Part shown: positions 7,796 through 19,700 of the stretch, piece after piece
Position numbering within the stretch: position 1 is the stretch's first letter
How the letters are laid out: each line of letters begins with the position of its first letter
Assembly: GCA_963693105.1 (NCBI GenBank)
Contig: OY843752.1
Span: forward strand, 234,623-298,622
Direction of reading: 5' to 3'
Origin: an uncultured candidatus Porisulfidus sp.
Lineage (GTDB): Bacteria > Pseudomonadota > Gammaproteobacteria > Poriferisulfidales > Oxydemutatoraceae
DNA length: 64,000 bases
Made by a program: the position numbers and the translations under genes
The notes under the pieces: generated by a model
What the model saw: only the letters and a program-made list of their open reading frames with translations
Databases searched by the model: none
Told to the model about the DNA's origin: nothing

Positions 7796-10700
7796 TCAGC
7801 GACATCCTGCACGGGATTCTCCGGCGCCGGCGGCATGTTCAAGACTCCGCATTACAACATGGCTCCGGCGGCGGGCCAGAGCGGACAGCAACAGCAGCAG
7901 GGCGATGAGGCCGGTCCAGCCGAAACTGCCGCCGCTGTGGGCACGGCCGGATGCAAGCCTTGTCGTCGTCGGACTGAGCGGGTCGCGGATGACGCCGTTG
8001 ACGACGCCGTCGTCGTCGTTCGGGCCGCCGTCCTCGATATAAACCACCATGCAATCGCCGCTGCCCGGACCGGGGCGGTAACGCTCGCCGATGTCGTCCG
8101 GGCATACCCCGTCGAGCAGCCTTGCGAAACCGTAGCGGCTGCCGTCTTGTGTGTCGAACTCCCTGACAGCGCGGGTCGCCGGATCATACTTGACCAGGCT
8201 CAAATCTTCGCCGCGAAGGCTGGCTGGCAGCGGAATGATGACGCCCACCGTGCCGCCGACAACGCCCGCCGTCGTCACCTCGGCGTAGTCCACGTCGTGA
8301 ATCGAGAAGTCATACACCACCGGCAGACTCGACGGCAGGTTCTCCCGTGAAGACGCCGCGTAGTCACGGTAACGAACCTCTCCGTCCGCCGCGCCGGCCG
8401 CCTGCGCCTGCATCAACGCCGTGTCGCCTACGCGCAGACCGTGCTGCCTCTGCACCGGGCGGATGTGGTGCCAGACTCTCACGCCGGCCGCCCCCAAAAC
8501 CTCCACCGGCAGATGCGCGACTTCGTCATAGTCGTCGAAAGCATCGGCTATGCCGTCCCGGTCGGTGTCAATCAACGCACGCGCCAGCGGCGTACCCGCA
8601 TCCACCAGCGGGTAATTGAATGTCGCCGACACCCCGCCGACGCCCGGAACCTCGACCCGGACCTCCGTCGTCGCGCCCTCCGCCGTCGCCGGTATCATGA
8701 TCTCACTCTCCACCGTCATCGTCTCGCCGCCCGACTTCGCCTCCACTCTCAACGTGTAGGTCGCGCCGCGCTCCAGCACATTCACCGCCTGGCCGCCGCT
8801 CGTCAACACGGGCAGACCCAGCACCGGCGGAATCTCGGCCGCTGCCGGAACCGACAAAACACTCGTCTGCGTCGAAAGACCCAGCGACAATTCATTCGCT
8901 GCCGGGAAAATCGTCGCCGAAGGCCGCCACAACCTGCCGGAAACACCAGGCAACTCTTCTATCGTCCAGACACCGGGAACACTCGTGCGCGTCGTGAAAG
9001 ACTCGCCGTCGTCGTCCGTCTGCGCCAACACCGTCACCGCTATGCCCGTCGTGAACAAACGCTCCGAGGCCATGTTCAACTCCGGTATGCGTTGAATCAC
9101 CTGCTCCGGCAAACGGCTGACCGTGCTCAAATTCACCGCCCACAATCCGTTCGCTGCCGTCGCCAGCCAGCCAACCCTGTGGTCGGTGCTCGCAGACACA
9201 TTGTTCCAGTCCACAATCTCGCAGCCTCCCGCGCGAACCGGCAGCGCATAGTCCGCCGGGAACCGGCCAAGGCAGCCGTAGCCCGCCACGCCCGCATCGT
9301 AGCCTCCGTCGTAACCGAAAGTCTCGCTCAGGTAATACGCCTGCACGCTCGACGCCGCCGTCTGCGTCGCGCCCGACACCGATGAAACGCCGAGATGCGC
9401 CCGCACTCCGTGCTCGCGGATTCCGGACCAGGCAATGCGAACCGGAGAAACGCGACGGTCGGGGCGAATGGCAAACGCCGGCAAACGGCCCGGCAAGACC
9501 GACGACAGCGGATTCTCGCCCGCCCTGATCTCGGCCACGTCCGCGAGGCCGTCTCCATCCGCGTCCCTCGTCACTATGCTGCGCATTGCCGTCTTGTTCG
9601 TTTGCGAGAGCATCTGATTGCGCCCGATGGACGCATCGGCCAGACCTTCCTCTATGGCGCGGTCGAAGATACCGTCGCCGGCGCCGGGATATTGATACGA
9701 CATATACACCGACGCGCCGTCGGCTTCGGTCAGATTGCGCTCCAGCTCCAGCACGATGAATCCCGGCTCGATATAGCGCGCGTTGCTCACCACGACCGTG
9801 CCTGAACCCGGCCCGGACCTGACTTCCACCGAAAAACCTTCCAGGCCCGAAACCGCCGTTCTCAACACGACATCGGCCGCTTCCGCCGTCGCCTGTGACG
9901 GAAGCAATATCGCCAGATCCTCGTCGGCTTCAAACCACACCTGGTTGCGGCCCGCGGCATACAAGCCGTTCTCCAGTTCCGGCGCCACCGTATCCGTGCG
10001 CAATATCATCGCGTTCACTTCCGGCGGCGTCCCGATGCCGGCGCCGCTGCCGCCGCCGCCGGTGGCTGCCGTCAGGGCGAAGGTGAAACTCTCTTCCCGG
10101 TCGTCATCGTCCCTTGCAATCTGGCGGGCGGCGACGCTGCATCTACGGCCGGGACACACGTTTTCTCCCGACACCGACTGCGTGCCGGTTATCGGGAAAC
10201 CGGCGTCCGGGTTCACGAAGTCCTGCGGCGACGCCGACGGAGAAACGCTGCCGGTGCTGATGCTCCAATCCAGCGACAGCGACTCCGTCAATTCGCCCCC
10301 TTCGAGAAGAACATCGAATGTCGGCTGTCTGCCTTCGGCAAAGCCGCTCGCAGGGCTTATCAACGTCACCGTCGTCGGGTCGTTGTCGGTAATCATGAAT
10401 GTTTGCGGTGAACCGGCTGCACGAACCACGCCGGCGCTGCGCGCGGCATCGTCGGAGACACCGACGTTGAAACTCTCGTCCGCCTCGTTCAGCGTATCCG
10501 CAACCGTGACGACGGTGATGGCGCCGGCGGTCTCGCCGACGGCTATCGTGATGCGGCCATTGCCGGCGTCCGCGTAGTCGGATGACGAAGCGGCGTCGGC
10601 GCCAGACGGCCCGATGACATAGTCCAGCGTCACTGGCTGCGTGTGTTCGCCGCCGCTCAACACCACCGCGACCGTCGCCGTGGCGCCCTCGGCGACAGCG

Positions 10701-13700
10701 CCCGCGCCGCTCAACGTGGCCGTCACCGGATCGTTGTCGGTTATCGTTACGGCGACCGCCTCAAAAGCGCTGCCGCCGTCGCTCATCAAATCCTGCAGCG
10801 AGAAGATGAAGGATTCCGTGGCTTCGTTCAACCCATCGTCCACGACCGTGATTTCGCTGACACTGCCGGTGCGGCTGCCGGCGGCGAAAGTGACGTTGCC
10901 GGTGTTCGACAAATCGGTGGTGGTGGCGCCGTCGCCGGAGCCGCTGATTCTCCATGCAATGACCGTCTCGCCTTCAAACAGCCGGTCGGCTGCGCCCATC
11001 GAAATCTCAAGCGTGTTATATGGACCGTCGCCCTCGGCGAAGTCCAGGCTGGCGGCGATGGTCAGGGTGCGCGCCGCCGTCGTGTTTTCCGGGATGGTTA
11101 TGCTGGTGCGGTCGGCTGCGCCCAGTGCAACCTCGCCGCCGACCGCGCCGGCTACCGGTTCGCCCAGAATCACTGTCAGGGTCTCGGCGTCCTCCGCCAT
11201 GCCGTCATACGCTATGCTGACGGTGATCGTGCCGGCCGTCGTGCCGGTGGTTATCGTCAGCGGGCTGGTCGGAGCGATGGCGTAATCATCGGTGGTGATA
11301 CCGGTGGCGTCGGCGACCTCATACGGCACGTTAATGGACGCCGCCGAGCCGGAAGCCGCTCCGCTCAGAATCACATCCAGCACCACATCCGTTCCTTCCG
11401 GCGCCGTCGGCGGCGGTGGGCTTACCGAGACGGTCAGCGCGTCGTTGTCCACTATCATTGCTGTCGCAGCCGACGGTGTTCCCCGCGACACCGCGCCTGC
11501 CGCCGCGTTTTTGGAAAAGCCGGCATCACTCGCGGCGCCGAGCGTCACCGTCAGCGTCTCGGCGGACTCGTTCAGCAGGTCGTCTGTCAGCGCGACGGTC
11601 AGCTGTACTGTGGTCGTATTCGTGGACACCGTAACCGTCGCCGGTAAAGCGGCATGATCGGCGCCTGAGGCGGTGCCGCCTGGCGGCATGACCGGAACCG
11701 TCACCGCGCCTTCCGAACCTCTGACAGCACCGCTCAATGCGACGGTGAACATCGCGTCCTCGCCTTCCCCGACCTGGTCGGGGCCTTCGATTGAATACGT
11801 TATCGGGTCGCTTTGCCTGACGACGACCTCGGCACTGCCGATGTTGATGGCGGCGGACGGATTGCCGCCGCCGCGGGCGTTCGTCAGCATCACCACCAGC
11901 GTCTCGGCGCTCTCGTTCAGGCCGTCATCGCGGATGGTTACCGACACGCTCCGGCTCCCGAACCCGCTGAAAGTCAAACTGCCGGTCGTCGCCGTATAGT
12001 CATCCGCTTCTGCCGGATTGGCGCCGCCGCCAGCGACAGACCAATCGACTGTCACGTCAGCGGTCGGAGCGTCCTCATCCTCACCGCTCAACTCGACCGT
12101 GAACTGCGCCACTTCGCCTTCCGATACCTCAGCCTGATCCGCACGCACCGACAAAAAGCGCGTCGCCGCCAGATTCGCCGGGATTGTCAGATTGGCGACA
12201 CTCGGCGAGGCGGAGACCTCGCCCGCGCCCATGCCCGCCGATACACCGATGATTCGTATTACCACGCTCTCGGCGTCTTCCTCGCGGCTATCCTGGGCTA
12301 TGCCTATCGAGAAAATGCTTGTGACGTTGCCCATCTCCACCACGGTCGTGCCGACTATCGCGCCGCTGGTTATTACGGCATCGCCGACGGCTCTGAAATC
12401 AGAGTCGGCGATGCTGTTCGGCGCGCGATCGCCCGTGCCGGTGTTCGTCTGCGTGATGACCGAGGCCATCCACGTCACTGTCACCACATCCGCGCTCGGT
12501 GTATCTAAACGCAGCACAAACTCCGCCGTGCCGCCTTCCGACGCCTCTTCGCCCGAACTGCGCGCAAGGACGACTTCCGCCGCGTCGCTTTGCCGAATGA
12601 TGACTTCAGCCATCGTCGAGGCGCCGAGACTTGTCAAACCTGCCGACGTCGCCGCACTGTCCAACGTCAACGCCAACGTCTCGGTGGACTCGTTCAAATT
12701 GTCGGCATGAATCGGCAACATCACTTCGCCGATGGTCGTGCCCGGGGCTATCACCAGCGGGCTTGCGACGATGGCGTAGTCTCCGCCTGCGTCGGCGGCC
12801 CCACCCACGGCGCTGCCTCTCAGCATGAACGACACTTCCACATCCGCCGTCGGCGTGCCTTCACTCAGCGTTACCGTGAAACTCGCCGTCGCCCCTTCGC
12901 TCACCTCACCGGTGTCGGCGGACACGGTTACGACCAGCTCGTCGTCGTCGGTTATCGATACCTCAAACGGATCGCCAGAATCCGTGCCGCCGTCGGACAC
13001 AGAATCTTCAACCGAGGCTTCAATGCTGAATCTCTCCGTCGCCTCGTTCAATGAATCTCCGGCAATCCCGACGGTGAATGACGCGGTGGCGGCGCTCGGA
13101 CCCAAACTCACCATGCCGCTCGTGGCGCCGAAAAAGTCGGTCGCCGTCGTCGTGCCGTGGACAATCTCCCACATCACGCTCCTCGCTTCTGCGAAGCCGG
13201 CTCCCATCAGACCCATCGTGTATTCGACGCTCACTTCCGCATCGCCCTCGGTCACAACCCCGGTGCCTGTTATCGTCAAGACACGCACCGATGTCGAGTT
13301 TTCCGGGATGGTTATGTCGGCGCGGACGGATGTGCCCAGTGCAACCTCGCCGCCGCCTGCACTGGCTATCGGGTTGCCCAGAACCACTGTCAGGGTCTCG
13401 GCGTCCTCCGCCATGCCGTCATACTCTATGCTGACGGTAATCATGCCGGTCGTCGCGCCGGCGGCTATCGTCAGCGGGCTGGTGGGAGTGGTGGCGTAAT
13501 CATCGGCGGTGATACCGGCGGCGGCGGGGACCGAATACGGCACTTCAATCGAAGCCGCCGAGCCGGAAGCCGCTCCGCTCAGGACGACATCCAGCACCAC
13601 ATTCGTTCCTTCCGGCGCCATCGTCGCCGATGGGCTTACCGAGACTGTCAGCGCGTCGTTGTCCTCGATCATCGCCGTCGCAGCCGACGGGGTTCCCCGC

Positions 13701-16700
13701 GACACCGCGCCTGCCGCCGCGTCTTTCATAAAGCCGGCATCACTCGCGGCGCCGAGCGTCACCACCAGCGTGCCGGTGGACTCGTTCAGAACGTCCTCGA
13801 CCGTCGCCGCCGTAATCACCATGCTGGTCGTGCCGGTGGCGATGGTTACAGCGCCTGACGGCGGCCCGGCGTAATCCCCCGCATCGGCGGCGATTGTGTA
13901 CGGAACCGTCACCGCGCCCTCCGAGCCGCTGACAGCACCGCTCAATGTGACGGTGAACATCGCGGCCTCGCCTTCCCCGACCTGGCCGGGGCCTTCGATT
14001 GAATACGTTATCGGGTCGCTTTGCCCGACGACGACCTCGGCACTGGCGGTGCTGATGACGGCGGACGGATTGCCACCGCCGGCGGCGTTCGTCAGCATCA
14101 CCACCAGCGTCTCGGCGCTCTCGTTCAGGCCGTCATCGCGGATGGATACCGACACGACCTGGCTCCCGAACACGCTGAAACTCAAACTGCCGGTCGTCGC
14201 CCTATAGTCATCCGCTTCTGCCGGATTGGCGCCGCCGCCAGCGACAGACCAATCGACTGTCACGTCAGCGGTCGGGTCGTCCACGCCGCTCAACACGACC
14301 GTGAACTGTGCATCCATACCTTCCTCTATCGTTTCCTGATTCGCATGCACCGACAAAAAGCGCGTCGCCGCCAGATTCGCCGGGATTGTCAGATTGGCAA
14401 CATCTGGCGAGGCGGAGATCTCGCCCGCGCCCATGCCCGCCGATACACCGATGATTCGTATCACCACGCTCTCGTCATCTTCCTCGCGGCGATCCTGGGC
14501 TATGCCTATCGAGAAAGCGCTTTCGTCGTCTCCGATCTCCACCACGGTCGTGCCGACTATCGCGCCGCTGGTTATCACGGCATTGACGCCGCCGCTGAAA
14601 TCAGAGTTGTCGGCTTCGTTCGGGCCGCGGTCGCCCGTGCCGGTGTTCGTCTGCGTGATGACCGAGGCCATCCACGTCACCGTCACCACATCCGCGCTCG
14701 GCGTATCTAAACGCAGCACAAACTCCGCCGTGCCGCCTTCCGACGCCTCTTCGCCCGAACTGCGCGCAAGGACGACTTCTGCCGCGTCGCTTTGTGCAAT
14801 CGAGACTTCAGCCATCGCCGCGGCGCCGAGACTTGTCAAACCTGCCGACGTCTCCGCACGGTCCAACGTCAACACCAACGTCTCGGTGGACTCGTTCAGA
14901 TTGTCGGCATGAATCGGCAACATCACTTTGCCGATGGTCGTGCCCGGGGCTATCACCAGCGGGCTTGCGACGATGGCGTAGTCTCCGCCTGCGTCGGCGG
15001 CCCCGCCCACGGCGCTGCCGTCCAGCATGAACGATACTTGCACATCCGCCGTCGGCGTGCCGCCATCGAGTGTCAGCGTGAAGCTCGCCGTCGCCCCTTC
15101 GCTTACGCCCGCGGTGTCGGCCAACACGCTGACTGTCAGCTCGTCGTTGTCGGTGACCGATACCTCAAACGGATCGCCAGAATCCGTGCCGCCATCGGAC
15201 ACAGAATCTTCAACCGAGGCTTCAATGCTGAAGGTCTCCGTCGCCTCGTTCAATGAATCTCCGGCTATCCCGACGGTGAATGACGCGGTGGCGGCGCTCG
15301 GACCCAAACTCACCATGCCGCTCGTCGCGCCGGTAAAGTCGGTCGCCGTCGTCGTGCCGTGGACAACCTCCCACATCACGTTCCTCGCTTCTGCGAAGCC
15401 GGTTCCCATCAGACCCATCGTGTATTCGACGCTCACTTCCGCATCGCCCTCGGACAGAACCCCGGTGCCTGTTATCGTCAATGCACGCACCGATGTCGTG
15501 TTTTCCGGGATGGTTATGTCGGCGCGGACGGATGTGCCCAGTGCAACCGCGCCTCCGCCTGCACTGGCTATCGGGTTGCCCAGAACCACTGTCAGGGTCT
15601 CGGCGTCCTCCTCCATGCCGTCATACTCTATGCTGACGGTGATCGTGCCGGTCGTCGCGCCGGCGTCTATCGTCAGCGGGCTGGTGGGAGTGGTGGTGTA
15701 ATCATCGGTGGTGATACCGGCGGCGGCGGGGACCTCATACGGCACTTCAATTGATGCCGCCGAGCCGGAAGCCGCTCCGCTCAGAATCACATCCAGCACC
15801 ACATCCGTTCCTTCCGGCGCCGTCGCCGCCGATGGGCTTACCGAGACTGTCAGCGCGTCGTTGTCCTCGATCATCGCCGTCGCGACGTGGCGGGCGGGGT
15901 CGAGGTCGCGCGTCACCGCGCCTGCCGCCGCGTCTTTGGAAAAGCCGGCTTCACTCGCGGCGCCGAGCGTTACTACCAGCATACCGGTGGACTCGTTCAC
16001 AGCGTCCTCGACCGTCATCGCCGTAATCATCGTGCTGGTCGTGCCGACGGCAAGGGTTACAGTGTTTGACGGCAGCCCGGCGTAATCCCCCGCATCGGCG
16101 GCGATTGTGTACGGAACCGTCACCGCGCCCTCCGAACCGCTGACAGCACCGCTCAATCTAACGGTGAACACCGCGTCCTCGCCTTCCCCGACCTGGCCGG
16201 GGCTTTCGATTGAATACGTTATCGGGTCGCTTTGCCCGACGACGACCGCGGCACTGTCGGTGCTGATGACGGCGGACGGATTGCCGCCGCCGGCGGCGTT
16301 CGTCAGCATCACCATCAGCGTCTCGGCGCTCTCGTTCAGGCCGTCATCGCGGATGGATACCGACACGACCTGGCTCTCGAACAAGCTGAAACTCAAACTG
16401 CCGGTCGTCGCCGTATAGTCATCCGCTTCTGCAGGATTGGCGCCGCCGCCAACGACAGACCAATCGACTGTCACGTCAGCGGTCGGAGCGTCCTCATCCT
16501 CACCGCTCAACTCGACCGTGAACTGCGCATCCATGCCTTCCGATACCTCAGCCTGATTCGCACGCACCGACAAAAAGCGCGTCGCCGCCAGATTCGCCGG
16601 GATTGTCAGATTGGCAACATCCGGCGAGGCGGAGATCTCGCCCGCGCCCGTGCCCGCCGATATGCCGATGATTCGTATCACCACGCTCTCGGCGTCTTCC

Positions 16701-19700
16701 TCGCGGCGATCCTGGGCTATGCCTATCGAGAAAGCGCTTTCGTCGTCTCCGATCTCCACCACGGTCGTGCCGACTATCGCGCCGCTGGTTATCACGGCAT
16801 TGACATCGCCGACGGCTCTGAAATCAGAGTTGTCGGCTTCGTTCGGGCCGCGGTCGCCCACGCCGGTGTTCGTCTGCGTGATGACCGAGGCCATCCACGT
16901 CACCGTCACCACATCCGCGCTCGGTGTATCTAACAAAGTCAGCACAAACTCCGCCGTGCCGCCTTCCGACGCCTCTTCGCCCGAAGTGCGCGCAAGGACG
17001 ACTTCCGCCGCGTCGCTTTGTGCAATCGAGACTTCAGCCATCGTCGTGCCGAGAACGATCGAACCCGCAGACGGCATATTCACCGCATCGGTCAACTCCA
17101 CCGTCAGCGTCTCGGTGGACTCGTTCAGATTGTCGGCATGAATCGGCAACATCAATTCGCCGCTGGTCGTGCCGGCGGCGATTGTCAGCGGACTGGCGGC
17201 GGCGGTGTAATCTGCGCTCACGGCGCTGCCGCCCAGCGTGAACGACACGTCCACATCCGCCGTCGGCGTGCCGCCGTCGAGTGTCAGCGTGAAACTCGCC
17301 GTCGCCCCTTCGCTTACGCCCGCGGTGTCGGCGGACACGCTGACTGTCAGCTCGTCGTCGTCGGTTATCGAAACCTGCAACGGCTCGCCGACATCCGTGC
17401 CGCCGTCGGCCAGCGGATTTTCAGTGCCGACTTCAACGCCGAAGGTCTCGGTCGCCTCGTTCAATGAATCGCCGGCAAGCAGGATTGCAAAAGAGGCTGT
17501 GGCGGCGTTGGTGGCGAAACTCACCGCGCCGCTTATGGCGCCGGAGAAGTCCGTGGCCGTCGTCGTGCCGTGGACAACCGCCCACGTCACGCTGGTCGCT
17601 GCGCTGAAGCCCGCGCCATCCAGAACCATCGTGTACTCGACGCTCATTCCCGCATCGCCCTCGGCCACAACCCCGGTGCCTGTTATCGTCAAGACACGCA
17701 CCGATGTCGTGTTCCGAACAATGGTGACGCCGGCGCTGCGATCAGCGAGGATTGAGCTCAGCGAAACCTCGCCGCCGTCCGCGCCGACTTCCGGTTCGCC
17801 CAGGACCACTGTCAGAATCTCGTCCTCCTCCTGTCGGTTGTCACGCTCTATGCCGACGGTGATCGTGCCTGTGGTCGAACCGGCGGCTATCGTCAGCGGG
17901 CCGGTGGGAGTGGTGGTGTAATCATCGGTGGTGATACCGGCGGCGGCGGCGACCTCATACGGCACTTCAATCGATGCCGCCGAACCGGAAGCCGCTCCGC
18001 TCAGAATCACATCCAGCACCACATCCATGCCTTCAGACGCCGTCGTCACCGACGACCTCACGGCAACCGTCAGCGCGTCGTTGTCCTCTATCATCGCCGT
18101 CGCGCCGTGGCGGGCGGGGTCGGTGTCGCGCGTCACCGCGCCTGCTGCCGCGTCTTTCATAAAGCCGGCTTCACTCGCGGCGCCGAGCGTTACTACCAGC
18201 ATACCGGTGGACTCGTTCACAGCGTCCTCGACCGTCATCGCCGTAATCATCGTGCTGGTCGTGCCGGCGGCAAGGGTTACAGTGTTTGACGGCAGCCCGG
18301 CGTAATCCCCCGCATCGGCGGCGATTGTGTACGGAACCGTCACCGCGCCCTCCGAACCGCTGACAGCACCGCTCAATATGACGGTGAACATCGCGTCCTC
18401 GCCTTCCCCGACCCGGCCGGGGCCTTCGATTGAATACGTTACCGGGTCGCTTTCGGCAATCATCACGCGCGCCCGGCCTGCGCCTCTCAGGGCCGGGGCC
18501 TCCTGAGCGCCGCCCGACGGAGACGACAGCTGAACCGTCAGCGTCTCGCTCGACTCGTTCAGGTTGTCAGAGAGCAACGGAATCACGACCCTTTGCGTGG
18601 TTTGCCAGTCCGACGGCGTGAAGGTCAGCGTGCCGGTCGTGCCGGCGGCGTAATCTTCACGCTCCACCGTTCCCGTAATCGAATACATCACCGTCGCCGT
18701 ATTCACTCCGCCGTCCACCTCATTCACCAGCGCGATATTGAATGTCGCCGTCGCGCCTTCGGCCACAACCGCGTCCACAGAGTCAATCTCGTAAAACAGC
18801 GTCGTCGCCGCATTCTCACGAATCGCCACCTCCGCCGTGGCAGCCGCGCCCAGGGTCACCCGTCCGGCGCCCGAACCCGGCTGCGGCGGTTGCAAAGACA
18901 CGACCAGTGTTTCCGTCGTCTCCGCCATGCCGTCCGGCAGCAACGTCAGGGCTATCGTCGCCCGGGTCGAACCCGGACTCAGGGTCACGGAGAGCATCGT
19001 GTCGGCCAGCGCGTAGTCTTGCGTTGTTACTCCGCCGATTGTGAACGGCACTTCCACAGCGCCTTGCGATTCAACATCCAGGTTGATATGGAACATCACC
19101 TCGTCGCCCTCGTTCACCGGCGAGGTGTCCGCGCCCGCGCGCTCGACCGATACCATGGCGTCGTCGTTGTCGGCGACCACCACCGTGGCCGAGCCGGACG
19201 ACGCGCTCAACTCCAGATAATCCAACGACGCTCCGTTCACGCGGACGTCGTTCAGCGTCAGCACAACCGTCTCGTCCGACTCGTTGACCTCGTCGTCGGT
19301 CAGCACAACCGTCACCGACGCCGTCGTGTTGAACGGAACCTGCGTGGCCCCGGTGGTCGCGCCCGTGTAATCCGCGCCGGCGGTGGCGGTGCCGCCCAGA
19401 GTCCACGAAACCATCGCCGATGTCGCGCCGCCTATCTCGCCCAGCGAAAGCGCCGCGCCCCCGGCGCTGACGAATTGCAAGTCAAAGACCGCCGACTGCC
19501 CTTCCGTGAGCGTCGTCGAGGCGGCGATCACCGCTATCCCGGCAACGTCGCTGCGCTCAACGTCAACGGCGGCGGCGGCCTGCGATACTTCAACCACGCC
19601 CGCGCTGCGCCCGCCCGTCAGCATGACCGTCAGCGTTTCGGTGGACTCCGGAACCGTGTCGTCGGCTATCGCGATCGCGATTTCCTCGCTCATCGAGCCG

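Noticed and set aside
7643-7805. The 54-codon N-terminal extension of the paralog (ORF-track start at 7805), which would overlap the giant gene's stop by 10 nt and encode Pro7 through the homopolymer.
   Set aside because: The leader of the large paralog aligns from ATG 7643 (MILCISNG... versus MIFCPNCC...). The extension has no counterpart there and would bury the signal peptide. It is kept only as an alternative in the phase-variation finding.
1880-18448. CRISPR-like or mobile-element origin of the tandem repeats.
   Set aside because: The units are 1.9-2.2 kb and in frame, and they encode ordered protein domains. There are no short repeat/spacer structures, inverted terminal repeats or transposase genes.
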